The notes under the pieces are model-generated. The model was not told where the DNA came from and ran no database searches. It was given only the letters and a program-made list of their open reading frames with translations. Made by a program: the position numbers and the translations under genes. From Planctomycetota bacterium (GTDB taxonomy: Bacteria; Planctomycetota; UBA8108; SXIK01): a stretch of DNA of 64,000 nucleotides. This document shows positions 49,208-59,361 of this stretch, piece after piece. Numbering within the stretch: position 1 is the stretch's first letter; every line of letters begins with the position of its first letter. Location: the NCBI GenBank assembly GCA_965223265.1, contig OZ244999.1, forward strand, positions 4,256,001 through 4,320,000, in the 5' to 3' direction.

Positions 49208-50067
49208 GCCACGAGTCCCCCGCGGCGCAGAATATCCTGGATGACGTGCTCAAAGGGGACCCGTGGGCTCGACGCAGCGAGACCGATACCCTGCCGCGCA
49301 CAGCACCTCTCGAGATCTTCATTCCAGCGCTGGACGGCGCGCTCGTATCGTGCCGCATCGTTCGGCGTGATCGTTACACGCTGCCGCTGCCTGGTTTCAA
49401 CGCAGTGGAGTTCGACATCTCCTTTCCAATCGCAGCGCGTGTCGAACTCATCTTGTACACGCAGGCAAAAGACGTCGTGTTTGTGCCACTGCAAAAACTT
49501 GAGACCGTCCTCGAAGCCTGACGGAAACAGAAAATCGGACAGCACGATGACGACTCCACGTCGTCTATGCCGCACCTGAAAAGCACGCGCGCAGTCAGTG
49601 AAGTTCGTGTCGCCGCCAAAAAGTTGAGCGTCTTCGAGCGCCGTGAGAAACGGCAGGATCTTGCCTCTGCCGTGACTCGGCTCCAACAGCATGTCGAGCT
49701 CGTCGGCTGTTCGGTAAACGACCACTTGGTCCAAACTGTTGAGAGCAATGTATCCAAGGGCCGCAGCGAGCTGTTTCACATAGTCAAACTTACGCTCCAT
49801 CGACCGACTGCTGTCCAGAAAGATGTAGATGGTGACATCCTCCTCGAGCTCAAAGAGCTTGATCAGGAGTGTCTCGAATCGTGCATAGACGCGCCAGTCG
49901 ATCGCGCGGTGGTCATCGCCGAGAGAATACTCGGCATAGTCGGCGAACGTTATGCCGCTCCCCTTCTTCGTGCTCCTGCGGTCTGCTTGGAGCGTGCCAC
50001 CGAGGACCTTGCGTGCCAGCAGGAAGAGTGACTCAAGTCGCCGAATGAAATCAGGATCAGTCAGCAT
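49204..50067 (-). CDS. DUF58 domain protein
   Basis: G.GITFADYAEY..GDD.RAIDW; DSSRSM; SDF; overlaps the next gene's start (ATGA). Confidence 0.9.
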   Translation of the reverse strand: MLTDPDFIRRLESLFLLARKVLGGTLQADRRSTKKGSGITFADYAEYSLGDDHRAIDWRVYARFETLLIKLFELEEDVTIYIFLDSSRSMERKFDYVKQLAAALGYIALNSLDQVVVYRTADELDMLLEPSHGRGKILPFLTALEDAQLFGGDTNFTDCARAFQVRHRRRGVVIVLSDFLFPSGFEDGLKFLQWHKHDVFCLRVQDEFDTRCDWKGDVELHCVETRQRQRVTITPNDAARYERAVQRWNEDLERCCARQGIGLAASSPRVPFEHVIQDILRRGGLVA

Positions 50068-50158
50068 CGTCTGTCAGTCTCTTCTTCCATCTGTCGCGTC
50101 GCGCCCGTCCGCACCGCCGTCAGTGCCCTTCGTGTCAGCTCTTTCGCCGCTCTCAGCG

Positions 50159-51172
50159 TTAGCTTGCACTGCCGATCGGGCTCCCACGAACGTCCTCGAT
50201 CACGCTACGCAGCAGATCGTCGCAGCTGATGCCTTCCGCCTCGCCTTCGAAACTGAGGATCAAGCGATGGCGAAGGGAAGGGAGAGCCACCGCGTCGATG
50301 TCTTCTCGCGCGACGTGATACCGACGGCGCAGAAGAGCGTGAGCTCGGGATGCAGATAGAATCGTCTGAGCGCCACGAGGCGATGCACCGATGCGGACGT
50401 ACTTTTTCACCTGCTCCGGCGCTTCGTCGCTGTCGGGGTGCGTCGCACGCACGATGCGAATCAGGTGATCTTGCACCGAGTCTTCAATCGGAATCGTGCG
50501 CAGAGTGCGTCCCATTCTCAGCACGTCCTCACCGCTGGCAACAGCTTCGATTGTCGGAGCAGTGTTGCCACCGGTGCGACGGAGAATCTCGGCGACTTCC
50601 TCGTGACTGGGAGAACTGATGTGCAATTTGAAGAAAAATCGATCGAGCTGCGCTTCGGGGAGAGGATAGGTTCCGTCGTGCTCGATCGGGTTCTGCGTTG
50701 CCAGGACGAAGAAAGGCGACGGCAAGGGATGCGTTTCACCCGCTACTGTCACCGACTTTTCCTGCATGGTTTCCAAAAGAGCGGACTGCGTCTTCGGGGT
50801 GGCACGGTTGATCTCGTCAGCCAACAGAATGTGGCAAAAGACGGGGCCCTCTTGGAACTCGAACGCTTTCGCGCCGCTGCGTTCGACGAGGAGATTGCTG
50901 CCAACGATATCCGCTGGCAGCAAATCCGGTGTGAACTGGATGCGACGAAACCTCAAGTGCAGCGCCTGGCTCATCGTTGTGACGAGAGCCGTCTTACCCA
51001 GACCAGGCACGCCCTCCAATAGAACATGGCCGCCGCAGAGAGTCGCTACGAGAACATGCTCGACGATCTCCTGCTGCCCGACGATGAACTTACCGATCTC
51101 CTCCTTCAGCTTAGCGAACGTATCGACGAAGTGTTCGATCGCCTGCTCGGGATTGAAGTCGTCGTCCGGCAT
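50159..51172 (-). CDS. moxR: MoxR family AAA+ ATPase
   Basis: GHVLLEGVPGLGKT, RIQFTPDLLPAD, DEINRATPKTQSALLE, ATQNPIE.GTYPLPEAQLDRF; start ATG 51172. Confidence 0.95.
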   Translation of the reverse strand: MPDDDFNPEQAIEHFVDTFAKLKEEIGKFIVGQQEIVEHVLVATLCGGHVLLEGVPGLGKTALVTTMSQALHLRFRRIQFTPDLLPADIVGSNLLVERSGAKAFEFQEGPVFCHILLADEINRATPKTQSALLETMQEKSVTVAGETHPLPSPFFVLATQNPIEHDGTYPLPEAQLDRFFFKLHISSPSHEEVAEILRRTGGNTAPTIEAVASGEDVLRMGRTLRTIPIEDSVQDHLIRIVRATHPDSDEAPEQVKKYVRIGASPRGAQTILSASRAHALLRRRYHVAREDIDAVALPSLRHRLILSFEGEAEGISCDDLLRSVIEDVRGSPIGSAS

Positions 51173-51201
51173 GGTGTTTCTTCCTGCCCTTTCGTCGTTA
51201 A

Positions 51202-51325
51202 CAGCCTGCCTGAAAAAGTGCTTCGAGTCGGAAAGTGGTCTCTTCGCGTCCACGTCGGTTGCGGCAAACCCAGGTAATCTCCGAGCCTTCTTCGACGAGG
51301 ACATTACGGCGAGTATTGACGCAGG
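51202..51325 (-). mobile_element. Partial, diverged MITE copy inside the MoxR operon
   Basis: TTAA then CAGCCTGCCTGAAAAAGTGCTTCGAGTCG...; the other TIR is missing. Confidence 0.7.
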
Positions 51326-51360
51326 ACATTCTCGCGTCATTTTTTTACCGCATTGGTGTC

Positions 51361-53127
51361 TTACTCTGACTGATGAATCGTTTCAAAGTAGGCTTTGACG
51401 CCATCTTTGACGTCTTCTGGAACGTCTTCGCGTTCGACGAACGACTCCACCTGACGACGAAACGAGCGCTCGCTTGCTGCGTTCTTGCGAGTCGACACGC
51501 CGCTGCCGTCCTCAGCCGCCTCAACCGTCGAAATCGATGGGCCGGCACCCTTGGTTCCCTTGAGCTGAGACGTCTCTCCGCTCAGGGATAGCTCGTCGCG
51601 CCGCGCCCTCTCCGTCATGCCGCCCCCTGCTCCCGCCTTCAACCCACCCTTCTGCAAAGATTGGGCGAGAGAGCTGGACTGCGAATTGCAGAGATAGCTC
51701 GAACAACTGCCAAGCTTTTTCCGCAGTTGCCCCAGCCGGTTCGTCGCCTGCTGTTTGGCAGCGAGACGCCGCAGCTGTCTCGTCAGGTTAGAGAGGCCAC
51801 GATTCAGCCCGTTCCTTTTGTTCTGACACTTTGCCAGCGTCTGCGCGTCGCACTGGCCGTTTTTCTTTTCCGATCTTTGAGCTTCGTCCAGAAGGTCGTT
51901 GAGCTCCTGCGCGTCGCGGTCGAGTGACTGCAGCGTGTTTGCCAAATCTTCGAACTCGCTTCGCGACGAATCACTCTGTCCGTGCGGGCTCTGTCCCTGC
52001 GGCGAGCCCGAGTTGTTGCCCTGACTTCGGCTCTGCGCGCCGCTGTTGTTGGCAGGAGCGCTGCTTCGCGCGCTGGCGCCCACGGCTTTCGACGCGCTCT
52101 TTGGAGCTCCGGCGCGCGGCGCCTTGGCGCCGCGGCGCTCCCCTCGGCCGGAGTCTCGCTGGCGCACGCTCTGAGCCGCATAGGCCATGCGCTGAGAAGC
52201 CGCACGCAGACGCGCCAGTTGTTTCTTCTGCTCCGAAAGCGGCTTCGTCGTCTCTGCTGCCTTGTACTTCTCCAAATCTTTCGCGCTCTTGCGATAGTCG
52301 CGCTTCTCGAAAGTCCGACCGAGCTTGCGCGTCTCGGGGCTCTTCATGAGCTCTTCTGCCGCTTTCTTGAGCAAGCGCTCCTGTTTGCGCGTGTCGAGCT
52401 GACGCGAGGCGCGATCAATCTTCTTCTCTAGCCTCGCATATTGCTTCAGTGCACTCTCTTTCAGGCTGGTCTCTTTCAACTCGTCGACCCAGCGACGCAG
52501 CTGGTCTTTTTCGAGCAGAGGTGGCTCATCGTCCTCGGTCGCAGTTTCCTCTTCGCGCTCCACCTCTTCCCGCAAGAACTCATTGATCTCGGTCGTCTTC
52601 GCCAGCGTCACGGTACGCTCTTCGTTCTCCCGCTGAACCGCCGGCGAGTCACCCTTGAAGCCAACCAGAACGGCCACGCTGAGAACCATCCCGGCGTAGA
52701 GGCAAACCCGCAGCGGTGGCGCCCAACGAATCCGCTGCGGCGAGTGAGCGACAAGGCACTCGTCCGTCGCACGCGCCTGGAGCTCGTAGAGGAGGCCATG
52801 CCGCCCCTGCCGGCGAAATCCCTCTGCCGACCGAACGCTATCCTTAAGATCGAAGAAATCGTCGGCGAAACGCCCAGCCTCTTCGTTACTCGCCCGGCCG
52901 AGGCCCCAGACGACGACTGCGACCAGGGCGGTCATCGCGAGGACGATGGGATACCACAGAAGCGGGACGCGATAGCCAGCGAAAACGTACGCGAGCGCGA
53001 TCCCCAAGATCACAGTCCCCCCGACCGCTCCCGACCACGCCACCGCCCTCCACCAACGCTGCCGATTGAGTTGCCGACGCGTGCCGCGGACGAACTCTCG
53101 AACCCTGCGCGACGTCGTGACCATCAA
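51361..53127 (-). CDS. Membrane-anchored coiled-coil protein, first gene of the MoxR operon
   Basis: Three TM segments, long charged coiled coil, Gly/Ser/Gln-rich linker, C-terminal EDVP...K..VK.YF. Confidence 0.75.
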   Translation of the reverse strand: MMVTTSRRVREFVRGTRRQLNRQRWWRAVAWSGAVGGTVILGIALAYVFAGYRVPLLWYPIVLAMTALVAVVVWGLGRASNEEAGRFADDFFDLKDSVRSAEGFRRQGRHGLLYELQARATDECLVAHSPQRIRWAPPLRVCLYAGMVLSVAVLVGFKGDSPAVQRENEERTVTLAKTTEINEFLREEVEREEETATEDDEPPLLEKDQLRRWVDELKETSLKESALKQYARLEKKIDRASRQLDTRKQERLLKKAAEELMKSPETRKLGRTFEKRDYRKSAKDLEKYKAAETTKPLSEQKKQLARLRAASQRMAYAAQSVRQRDSGRGERRGAKAPRAGAPKSASKAVGASARSSAPANNSGAQSRSQGNNSGSPQGQSPHGQSDSSRSEFEDLANTLQSLDRDAQELNDLLDEAQRSEKKNGQCDAQTLAKCQNKRNGLNRGLSNLTRQLRRLAAKQQATNRLGQLRKKLGSCSSYLCNSQSSSLAQSLQKGGLKAGAGGGMTERARRDELSLSGETSQLKGTKGAGPSISTVEAAEDGSGVSTRKNAASERSFRRQVESFVEREDVPEDVKDGVKAYFETIHQSE

Positions 53128-53307
53128 AACACTCCTAAGCGATGGGTCGACGAGACAATTGCTCAGTCCTTGCGGATCGTGTATCTCAGTTTAACTCGAA
53201 TTTGACTCGGTGATCGTGAAAACTCTCCAAAACCAGGACCCCGCCCCGAACATGACACGCGTTGGGAGCAAAGCGGTCTTCGTAGAGCTGAAAAGTCACC
53301 AGCGCCG

Positions 53308-53523
53308 TCAATCAACTATTTTGTGCAGCTTACTCAAGTCGCCAAGAAGCTCGACAGTGCCGCAGGTAGAACAGATGACCGCCGTCACCCCGACGTTCGC
53401 AGTATCTTTGCTGAGAAACTTAGCATTCTTCGGCCGAAAGTAGAGTCTGCCGGTGGACTGAATCTGTCCCGGCTCAAGATTCTCCGCGCCGCACCGGACA
53501 CATTGTCTCGATTCGTTCGTCAT
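53308..53523 (-). CDS. Small zinc-ribbon protein
   Basis: RBS AGGAGG; CVRCG...CSTCG, 71 aa. Confidence 0.75.
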   Translation of the reverse strand: MTNESRQCVRCGAENLEPGQIQSTGRLYFRPKNAKFLSKDTANVGVTAVICSTCGTVELLGDLSKLHKIVD

Positions 53524-53580
53524 CAGGAAACCCCTCCTACGCGGTACCGCGGTACCAATTGAACGCTTGAGATAGAACGG

Positions 53581-53606
53581 ACGGCACACCGAGTATTCCT
53601 GCTACT
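53581..53606 (-). repeat. Degenerate GTAG-type REP copy
   Basis: ACGGCACACCGAGTATTCCTGCTACT. Confidence 0.5.
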
Positions 53607-53837
53607 TTGGCGAGCCGACTGTCCAACTCGGGGTCGGACTCACGACACACGAGTCATCGTAATAGCCCCCGAACTGTTTCTCAACGTGCACAGTTCGGCC
53701 GAATCAAGACCGCGATCGTTTACCCGCCCACCGGCGCGGTCGCTTGCATCCGCTCCAGTCGCCAGCGAGAATACGCACCGCCACCGTCTGATCGCTCAGA
53801 CGGGAGGAACTGGGAGATGCAGCAGCGTGAGAACTCA

Positions 53838-55535
53838 ATGGGCGCCATGCACATGACCGGCGGTGAAGCGGTCGCTCGTTCCCTCGTTGCTCACGGCGTC
53901 GACACGGTGTTCGGCATCCCCGGCGCTCACAACCTGGCGCTCTACGATGCCCTTTGCGACGTGCCGGCGATCCGGCACATCGTCGCCCGCCATGAACAGG
54001 GTGCTGCGTTCATGGCTGACGGCTACGCCCGCACCAGCGGCGGCATCGGAGTCTGCCTGACAACGAGCGGCCCAGCAGCCCTCAACACGATCGCGTCGCT
54101 GGGAACGGCGTTCAGTGACTCAGTGCCGGTACTGTGCATCGCCAGCCAGATCCCGTCCGCCGGAATCGGCCGCGAGAAAGGATACCTCCACGAGTGTCGT
54201 GATCAGCTCGCTTGCTTTCGGCCGGTGACAAAGTGGTGCGCACGCGCCGACACGGTGGAGTCGATCCCGGCGCTTCTGCGTGACGCCTTCGAGCAATCTC
54301 GTCGAGACCGCCCGCGACCGGTTGCCGTGGAGATTCCTTGCGACGTGCTCGACGCTAGCGGCGACATGGCGATTCCGGCGCCGGCAACACTTGCGCGCAA
54401 GCAACCTCCAGCCGCCGAGATCGCACGCGCCGCCGAGCTCCTGCGGTCCGCGCGTCGGCCAGTGATCTGGGCCGGCGGCGGCGTCCTCACCAGCGAGGCG
54501 TGGAACGACTTGCAGCGTCTCGCCGAACATCTCAGGGCGCCGGTCTTCACAACGGTACTCGGCAAAGACGCGATCGCCGGCGACCACCCTCTCGCCGCGG
54601 GCTGCTGCATACTGCATTCGATCGGTCGTGAATACATCGACAGTTGCGATGCCATGCTCGCCATTGGTACACGGTTTACCGAGGAAGAGACCGATCGCTG
54701 GACGCTGCGCCTACCCCAAAGCTTGATCCACATCGACGTCGACCCCGAAGAGCTTGGACGCAACTACGAACCGACTGTTGCCATCGCTGGCGACGCCCGC
54801 GTGTCACTCGCGGCGATCGCCGCACGCCTGGGCGATACAGCGGACGACGATGTTGATCGCGCGAGCGAAATCGTCGCTACCCACGACCGCTCGCGCGAAG
54901 TGGCCGACCTGGGGCAACGCATCGCCCTTGACTTACGCGCGCGTGCCCCGGACGGCGTCCAGCTCGTCGAGACGCTCCGCGCGATGCTGCCGCGTGAGTC
55001 GATCGTCGTGAGCGACCTCACCGTCGCAGCCTACTGGTGTCGGCGCCTGCTCGACCTCTACGAGCCACGCACGAACGTCTACCCGTGGGGATTCTGCACG
55101 CTCGGCTTTGGTCTCCCGGCGGCGCTCGGTGCCAAAGCAGCACGGCCGGATCGCCCTGTCGTCCTCCTCTCGGGCGATGGCGGCTTTCTCTTCAACTGCC
55201 AAGAGCTGGCCGTCGCCGTGCAGTCGAACCTGCCGCTCACTGTGCTCATTTTCAACGACAACGCGTACGGCGTCTTGCGCCGCCAGCAGGAGGTGCTTTA
55301 TGGCCGCACGCATGCTGCAGAGCTGGTGAACCCCGATTTCGTCGCGCTAGCGCGCGCATTCGGAGTCGATGCTCGCAGGGTCGCTTCCCTCGAGGAGCTG
55401 GGCGAAGCCGTCTCGGAAGCTGTGACAGCGGCGCGAACAACCGTGATTGAAGCGGTGATGCCGATTCCGTGGCAGGCGATGGACCCTTCGGCACAGGTCT
55501 TCGCGCCGAGTGGAACTGAAACGACTCGACACTAG
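53838..55535 (+). CDS. Thiamine pyrophosphate-binding enzyme (acetolactate synthase-like)
   Basis: TGGEAV, FGIPG.H, RHEQGA.FMADGYAR, TSGP, GDGG...NDN. Confidence 0.9.
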   Translation: MGAMHMTGGEAVARSLVAHGVDTVFGIPGAHNLALYDALCDVPAIRHIVARHEQGAAFMADGYARTSGGIGVCLTTSGPAALNTIASLGTAFSDSVPVLCIASQIPSAGIGREKGYLHECRDQLACFRPVTKWCARADTVESIPALLRDAFEQSRRDRPRPVAVEIPCDVLDASGDMAIPAPATLARKQPPAAEIARAAELLRSARRPVIWAGGGVLTSEAWNDLQRLAEHLRAPVFTTVLGKDAIAGDHPLAAGCCILHSIGREYIDSCDAMLAIGTRFTEEETDRWTLRLPQSLIHIDVDPEELGRNYEPTVAIAGDARVSLAAIAARLGDTADDDVDRASEIVATHDRSREVADLGQRIALDLRARAPDGVQLVETLRAMLPRESIVVSDLTVAAYWCRRLLDLYEPRTNVYPWGFCTLGFGLPAALGAKAARPDRPVVLLSGDGGFLFNCQELAVAVQSNLPLTVLIFNDNAYGVLRRQQEVLYGRTHAAELVNPDFVALARAFGVDARRVASLEELGEAVSEAVTAARTTVIEAVMPIPWQAMDPSAQVFAPSGTETTRH

Positions 55536-55649
55536 CGCTAGCCTGGACTCAAAGTCCCATGCTACGTCGATTGGCGATCGATCCGACGTGTAGTTACGAT
55601 ACTTGTGCGTTTTCCGAGTTTTCGGCGACCGACCGCAGGTGTCGCTCCG

Positions 55650-56036
55650 ATGCAGAATCAAGCGCATGGCTCTCCGTCCGAATTCGACTGGGACGATCTC
55701 CAAGAATGGGTCCTCCGCGAGTCGTTTAACTCGGTAACGGCTGCAGAGGCCGTGATCCTGGTTGGCCTCCTTCACACTTGCCGGATCTATCTCTCATCCG
55801 AGCTGAGAGCGAAGGCGACCCAAGCAGGCGAAACGGTTCCTCTCTTCGTCCATCCCCTGACGCTGGAGGACAGCGAGTCGCTTGTCACATTCCTTTTCGG
55901 GCAGCAGCCTCATCTCCGACAGCGCTTCGAGAACGACTGGGCCGAGTTGCGGCACTCGGAGCGCGCTCAAAGACTGCGGGGTCGACTCGAAGAGCATCGA
56001 CTCGTCGAATCGATGGTTGACCTCCCGGTACCTTGA
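55650..56036 (+). CDS. Hypothetical protein
   Basis: Helical, protein-like ORF from ATG 55650; no motif recognised. Confidence 0.5.
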   Translation: MQNQAHGSPSEFDWDDLQEWVLRESFNSVTAAEAVILVGLLHTCRIYLSSELRAKATQAGETVPLFVHPLTLEDSESLVTFLFGQQPHLRQRFENDWAELRHSERAQRLRGRLEEHRLVESMVDLPVP

Positions 56037-56163
56037 GGTGCCGAGTTCGCAGCGCGCCCTCGACGTTTCGACGTTTCCCGTTGCGTGGACTTTTCGACTC
56101 GACACGCTACAATCCGGGCGTTCGTACAATCTGTGGTTCCGCGCCGTGGAGTAAAATCGATTC

Positions 56164-57132
56164 ATGAGTCACGTCTCTCGCCGTAACTGGCTCAAACGAA
56201 CAGCGCTGGCGAGCGTCGCCGTGGCGCTGGGCTGCGAATCGACGCGATCTGGTGCGCGTGAACGACGCAACCCGGCATGGAAAACAGCGATCGGGCTCAA
56301 CGGCTTTGGATCGTCGGCTTCCAAGTACAAGAAGAGGTTCCCCATCTGGGAAGTCCTCGATTTCGCAGCCGACGCTGGTTTCGACGGCATCGAACTCATG
56401 GGCGGCTGGCCCCAGGGCAACTATCCCACTGCCGACGAGACCCAACGCGTGCGTGCGCTACGTCGCCTCTATGACCTTTATGGCTTGCAGATTTTTTCGC
56501 TGCAGACGGGAGCCGACCGAGCCTTCGATCCGTCCGCGGAGAAACGCCGCGAATGGATCATTCGTATGCGAGACCATATCGCTCTCGCTAAAGCGCTCGG
56601 ATGCGACTGCATCGGCATGTGGCCCTACGGCGGACTGCGCGGCCAAACCATCGATCGGGCCATAGCTCATCTCGCGAGCTCACTACGTGAAGTGGCGAAG
56701 ATAGCCGACGACCACGGCATCGTTTCCGCATTCGAAATCGAACCGCCCTTCGCGTTCAACTCCGAGCAACACCTGCTGCAGATTCTCGAGATCGCCAACG
56801 ATGAACGCGTGAAAACGATCTACGACCCGAGTCACTTCGATCTGATGAACGGGTCGACGGGGCGGCCGCACGAAATGCTCCAGCGCATCGGCGTCCAGCA
56901 CATCGGCTATGTGCACTTCACGGACACCGACGGCACGCTCCGACCGGGAGAGACCTCGAAGCATCTTCCGGCAGGCGATGGCCACGTCGACATTCCGGCC
57001 ACCTTCCAGACGCTTCACGCGGGCGGTTTTCGCGGTTGGGTGATGGTCGATGCCTGGCAGATTCCGGATCCGTACGATGCTGGCCGAAAGGGCATCCGCG
57101 CGATTCGAGATGCGTCCACACATTTGGGTTAG
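56164..57132 (+). CDS. Sugar phosphate isomerase/epimerase (AP-endonuclease-2 TIM barrel), Tat-exported
   Basis: SRRNWL signal with LGC; GFDGIEL, EIEP, D.SH, VHFTD, G.GHVD. Confidence 0.85.
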   Translation: MSHVSRRNWLKRTALASVAVALGCESTRSGARERRNPAWKTAIGLNGFGSSASKYKKRFPIWEVLDFAADAGFDGIELMGGWPQGNYPTADETQRVRALRRLYDLYGLQIFSLQTGADRAFDPSAEKRREWIIRMRDHIALAKALGCDCIGMWPYGGLRGQTIDRAIAHLASSLREVAKIADDHGIVSAFEIEPPFAFNSEQHLLQILEIANDERVKTIYDPSHFDLMNGSTGRPHEMLQRIGVQHIGYVHFTDTDGTLRPGETSKHLPAGDGHVDIPATFQTLHAGGFRGWVMVDAWQIPDPYDAGRKGIRAIRDASTHLG

Positions 57133-57202
57133 TGAGCTATCACTCTTGGATTACTGCTCGAGGTGCGAAGCGCCTTGACGCTAAGAGTCTGAGGATCTCG
57201 AC

Positions 57203-57829
57203 ATGGACCCGACGGCACGGCAACTGAAACATGCGTGTTTCACCGGAGACCTGAGCAGCGTGCGACGTCTCCTCGACGCAGGCGCTGACCCTAATTCTAC
57301 TGACGAACATGGATCCGGCACCTTGCTCACCTTTCATCCGGCCGTCATCGAGTGCCTCCTTGCCCTGGGAGCTGACCCGAACATTCAGACCAACGAGAAC
57401 GGCGCCTCGGTCGTCGCAGGACTCGCCTACGTCAACAAGCTCGAATGCGTCCGCCTTCTGCTCTGCGCTGGAGCGGATGCGAACCGAGGGCGCGACGCCT
57501 CCGGCGAAACGCCTTTGCATCATGCGCTCACGACTCGCGAACCCGATCGGCTCCTGCTCGTGAAACTTCTGCTTGACCACGGGGCCGACCCAAATGCAAA
57601 AACGAAACCCGGAGTGAAGAGTTACAACTTTTGGCGAGACGTCAACACGCGAGGTGAGACGCCGCTGCATCGAGCCGCAGCCTATTCGCCAACCGACACG
57701 ATCGAATGCTTGTTAGCGGCCGGTGCCGACAGATCCATACGAGACGTCAACGGCGACTCGCCGCTCAGTTGGGCAAGTTGGCATTTGCGAGATCGTGTGG
57801 CCTTGCATCTGCTCCGCGCACGGAAGTGA
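57203..57829 (+). CDS. Ankyrin repeat protein
   Basis: LL.AGADPN, GETPLH repeats. Confidence 0.9.
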   Translation: MDPTARQLKHACFTGDLSSVRRLLDAGADPNSTDEHGSGTLLTFHPAVIECLLALGADPNIQTNENGASVVAGLAYVNKLECVRLLLCAGADANRGRDASGETPLHHALTTREPDRLLLVKLLLDHGADPNAKTKPGVKSYNFWRDVNTRGETPLHRAAAYSPTDTIECLLAAGADRSIRDVNGDSPLSWASWHLRDRVALHLLRARK

Positions 57830-57967
57830 GAGATCCTGTCCGCCGACCTCGCCGCGGAGCGCGCGAATTCGTATCGTCAACGCTTTTCCTGCAGCGAGCC
57901 GCGCTGGCTCCCATTCCTGGAGAATTCCGATGACAGAAGGAGTGCCGACAGGAAGCATGTAGGGCGA

Positions 57968-58876
57968 TCAAAACTGACGCGCACGGGCGAATTCGACCCG
58001 CCCGCCGAGTTCTTTCAGCGCGTCGATTTCACCGGCGCCACCACCGCGCAGCGGATTGCCTGAGAGATAGACGCGCCAAAATGGTGCGAACCGCTGGTTC
58101 CCCTCGCTGTCCTTCTTCGCCGCTTCGACGAGGACTGCGATGTCCTGGACGCGGTTACTCTGGAGCATCAGGTAACGAAGCTCAGTGTAGTTGCGAAGAA
58201 ACGAAAGATCCTCGACGCGGTTGTTTCGTAGCGACAGGGTCGAAAGCCGCTTCAGATGTCGGAGTGGCTGACCATCCTTAATGCCGTTACCGTCGAGGTA
58301 GAGCGACCAGAGCTTCGACAGCTTCTTGAGGGGTTTGAGATCGGTGACTGCGTTGTGTGACAAGTAGAGCGTCGTCAGATTCATCAATCCCGCGAGGGGC
58401 GCAGCATCAGTGATGTCGTTGCCGGAGAGATCGAGATACTGAAGCGCTTTCAGTTTTGCGAGGGGCGCGACATCCTTAAGTTTGTTGCTGGCGACGTTGA
58501 GAGATTGCACGAGCTCAAGTCCCGCGAGCGGCGTTAAGTCTTTTACCTCGTTCCCTTCAAGGTCGAGCAGCCGCAAGCTGCGACAGTGCTCGAGGCCCGA
58601 TAGATCTCGGATGCCCTTCTTCTTCGCCTCGATCGTTGAGATGTCGCGGACGTCTGCTGCGACTATGGGCTCGTCGTTGTTTTTCTTCTCGAAGACGTAT
58701 CGCCGCACCGCGGCTTCTAGATTCTTGTCGGCAAAGATGCTCTCTGCCTTCTCCTTCGTCGCGTCGGCTTTCTCCTCTTTCTTGCCGTCGGCACCGTCGA
58801 TCGGGACGGTCCACAAGCCTAAAAGGACTAGAACGCCGCACGTCGCACCAATGCGTGTCGCCGTCAACGAGCTCAT
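57968..58876 (-). CDS. Secreted leucine-rich repeat (internalin-like) protein
   Basis: Signal peptide; F.DKNLE.AVR cap; 22-aa LxxLxLxxNxIxD repeats. Confidence 0.9.
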   Translation of the reverse strand: MSSLTATRIGATCGVLVLLGLWTVPIDGADGKKEEKADATKEKAESIFADKNLEAAVRRYVFEKKNNDEPIVAADVRDISTIEAKKKGIRDLSGLEHCRSLRLLDLEGNEVKDLTPLAGLELVQSLNVASNKLKDVAPLAKLKALQYLDLSGNDITDAAPLAGLMNLTTLYLSHNAVTDLKPLKKLSKLWSLYLDGNGIKDGQPLRHLKRLSTLSLRNNRVEDLSFLRNYTELRYLMLQSNRVQDIAVLVEAAKKDSEGNQRFAPFWRVYLSGNPLRGGGAGEIDALKELGGRVEFARARQF

Positions 58877-59088
58877 CGCGATCTCCTACTCATTGCTTCT
58901 GTTGATCTCCCTCCAAGATGCGCGCTGGTCGGCTCTCACGCAAGCGCTTTCAAACGTCCGTTCGGGTCACAGATTCTCGCTCAGGTGGGTACTGTAGCCC
59001 ACCCGAATCGGCGCACGGACCATGCCAAGGCGTCAAATCGCCCCACCCGCTGGGCTCATGCCGAAATCTCGCTGCAATCTACGCTTAA

Positions 59089-59247
59089 CAGCCTGTTGAA
59101 AAAGTGCTTCGAGCTGAAAACTGGTCGCTTCGCGTCCAGATCGGCCGCGGCGAACGCAGGTAATCTCCGAGATTTTCGAGGCTCGCCGCGGCTGATCTGG
59201 GCGTGAAGAGGCCGGTTTCTCAGCCGAATGACTTTTTCAACGGGCTG
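59089..59247 (-). mobile_element. 159-bp MITE, full copy, TTAA target duplication
   Basis: Reverse complement of the 15497 copy; TTAA at 59085-59088 and 59248-59251. Confidence 0.85.
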
Positions 59248-59361
59248 TTAACGGTAATCTTCGCTTGACGGTGCGAACACCGTCCAGTCTGCTCGCATCC
59301 ATGGTCGGCCGAGCAGGAAGGTGTTCCCCGACGACTACGTAGAAAACCAGGAAGGATTGCC

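Noticed and set aside
47585-49579. 664-aa plus-strand ORF
   Set aside because: Antisense shadow of the BatA-VWA and DUF58 genes; Arg-rich, no motifs, typical of high-GC DNA.
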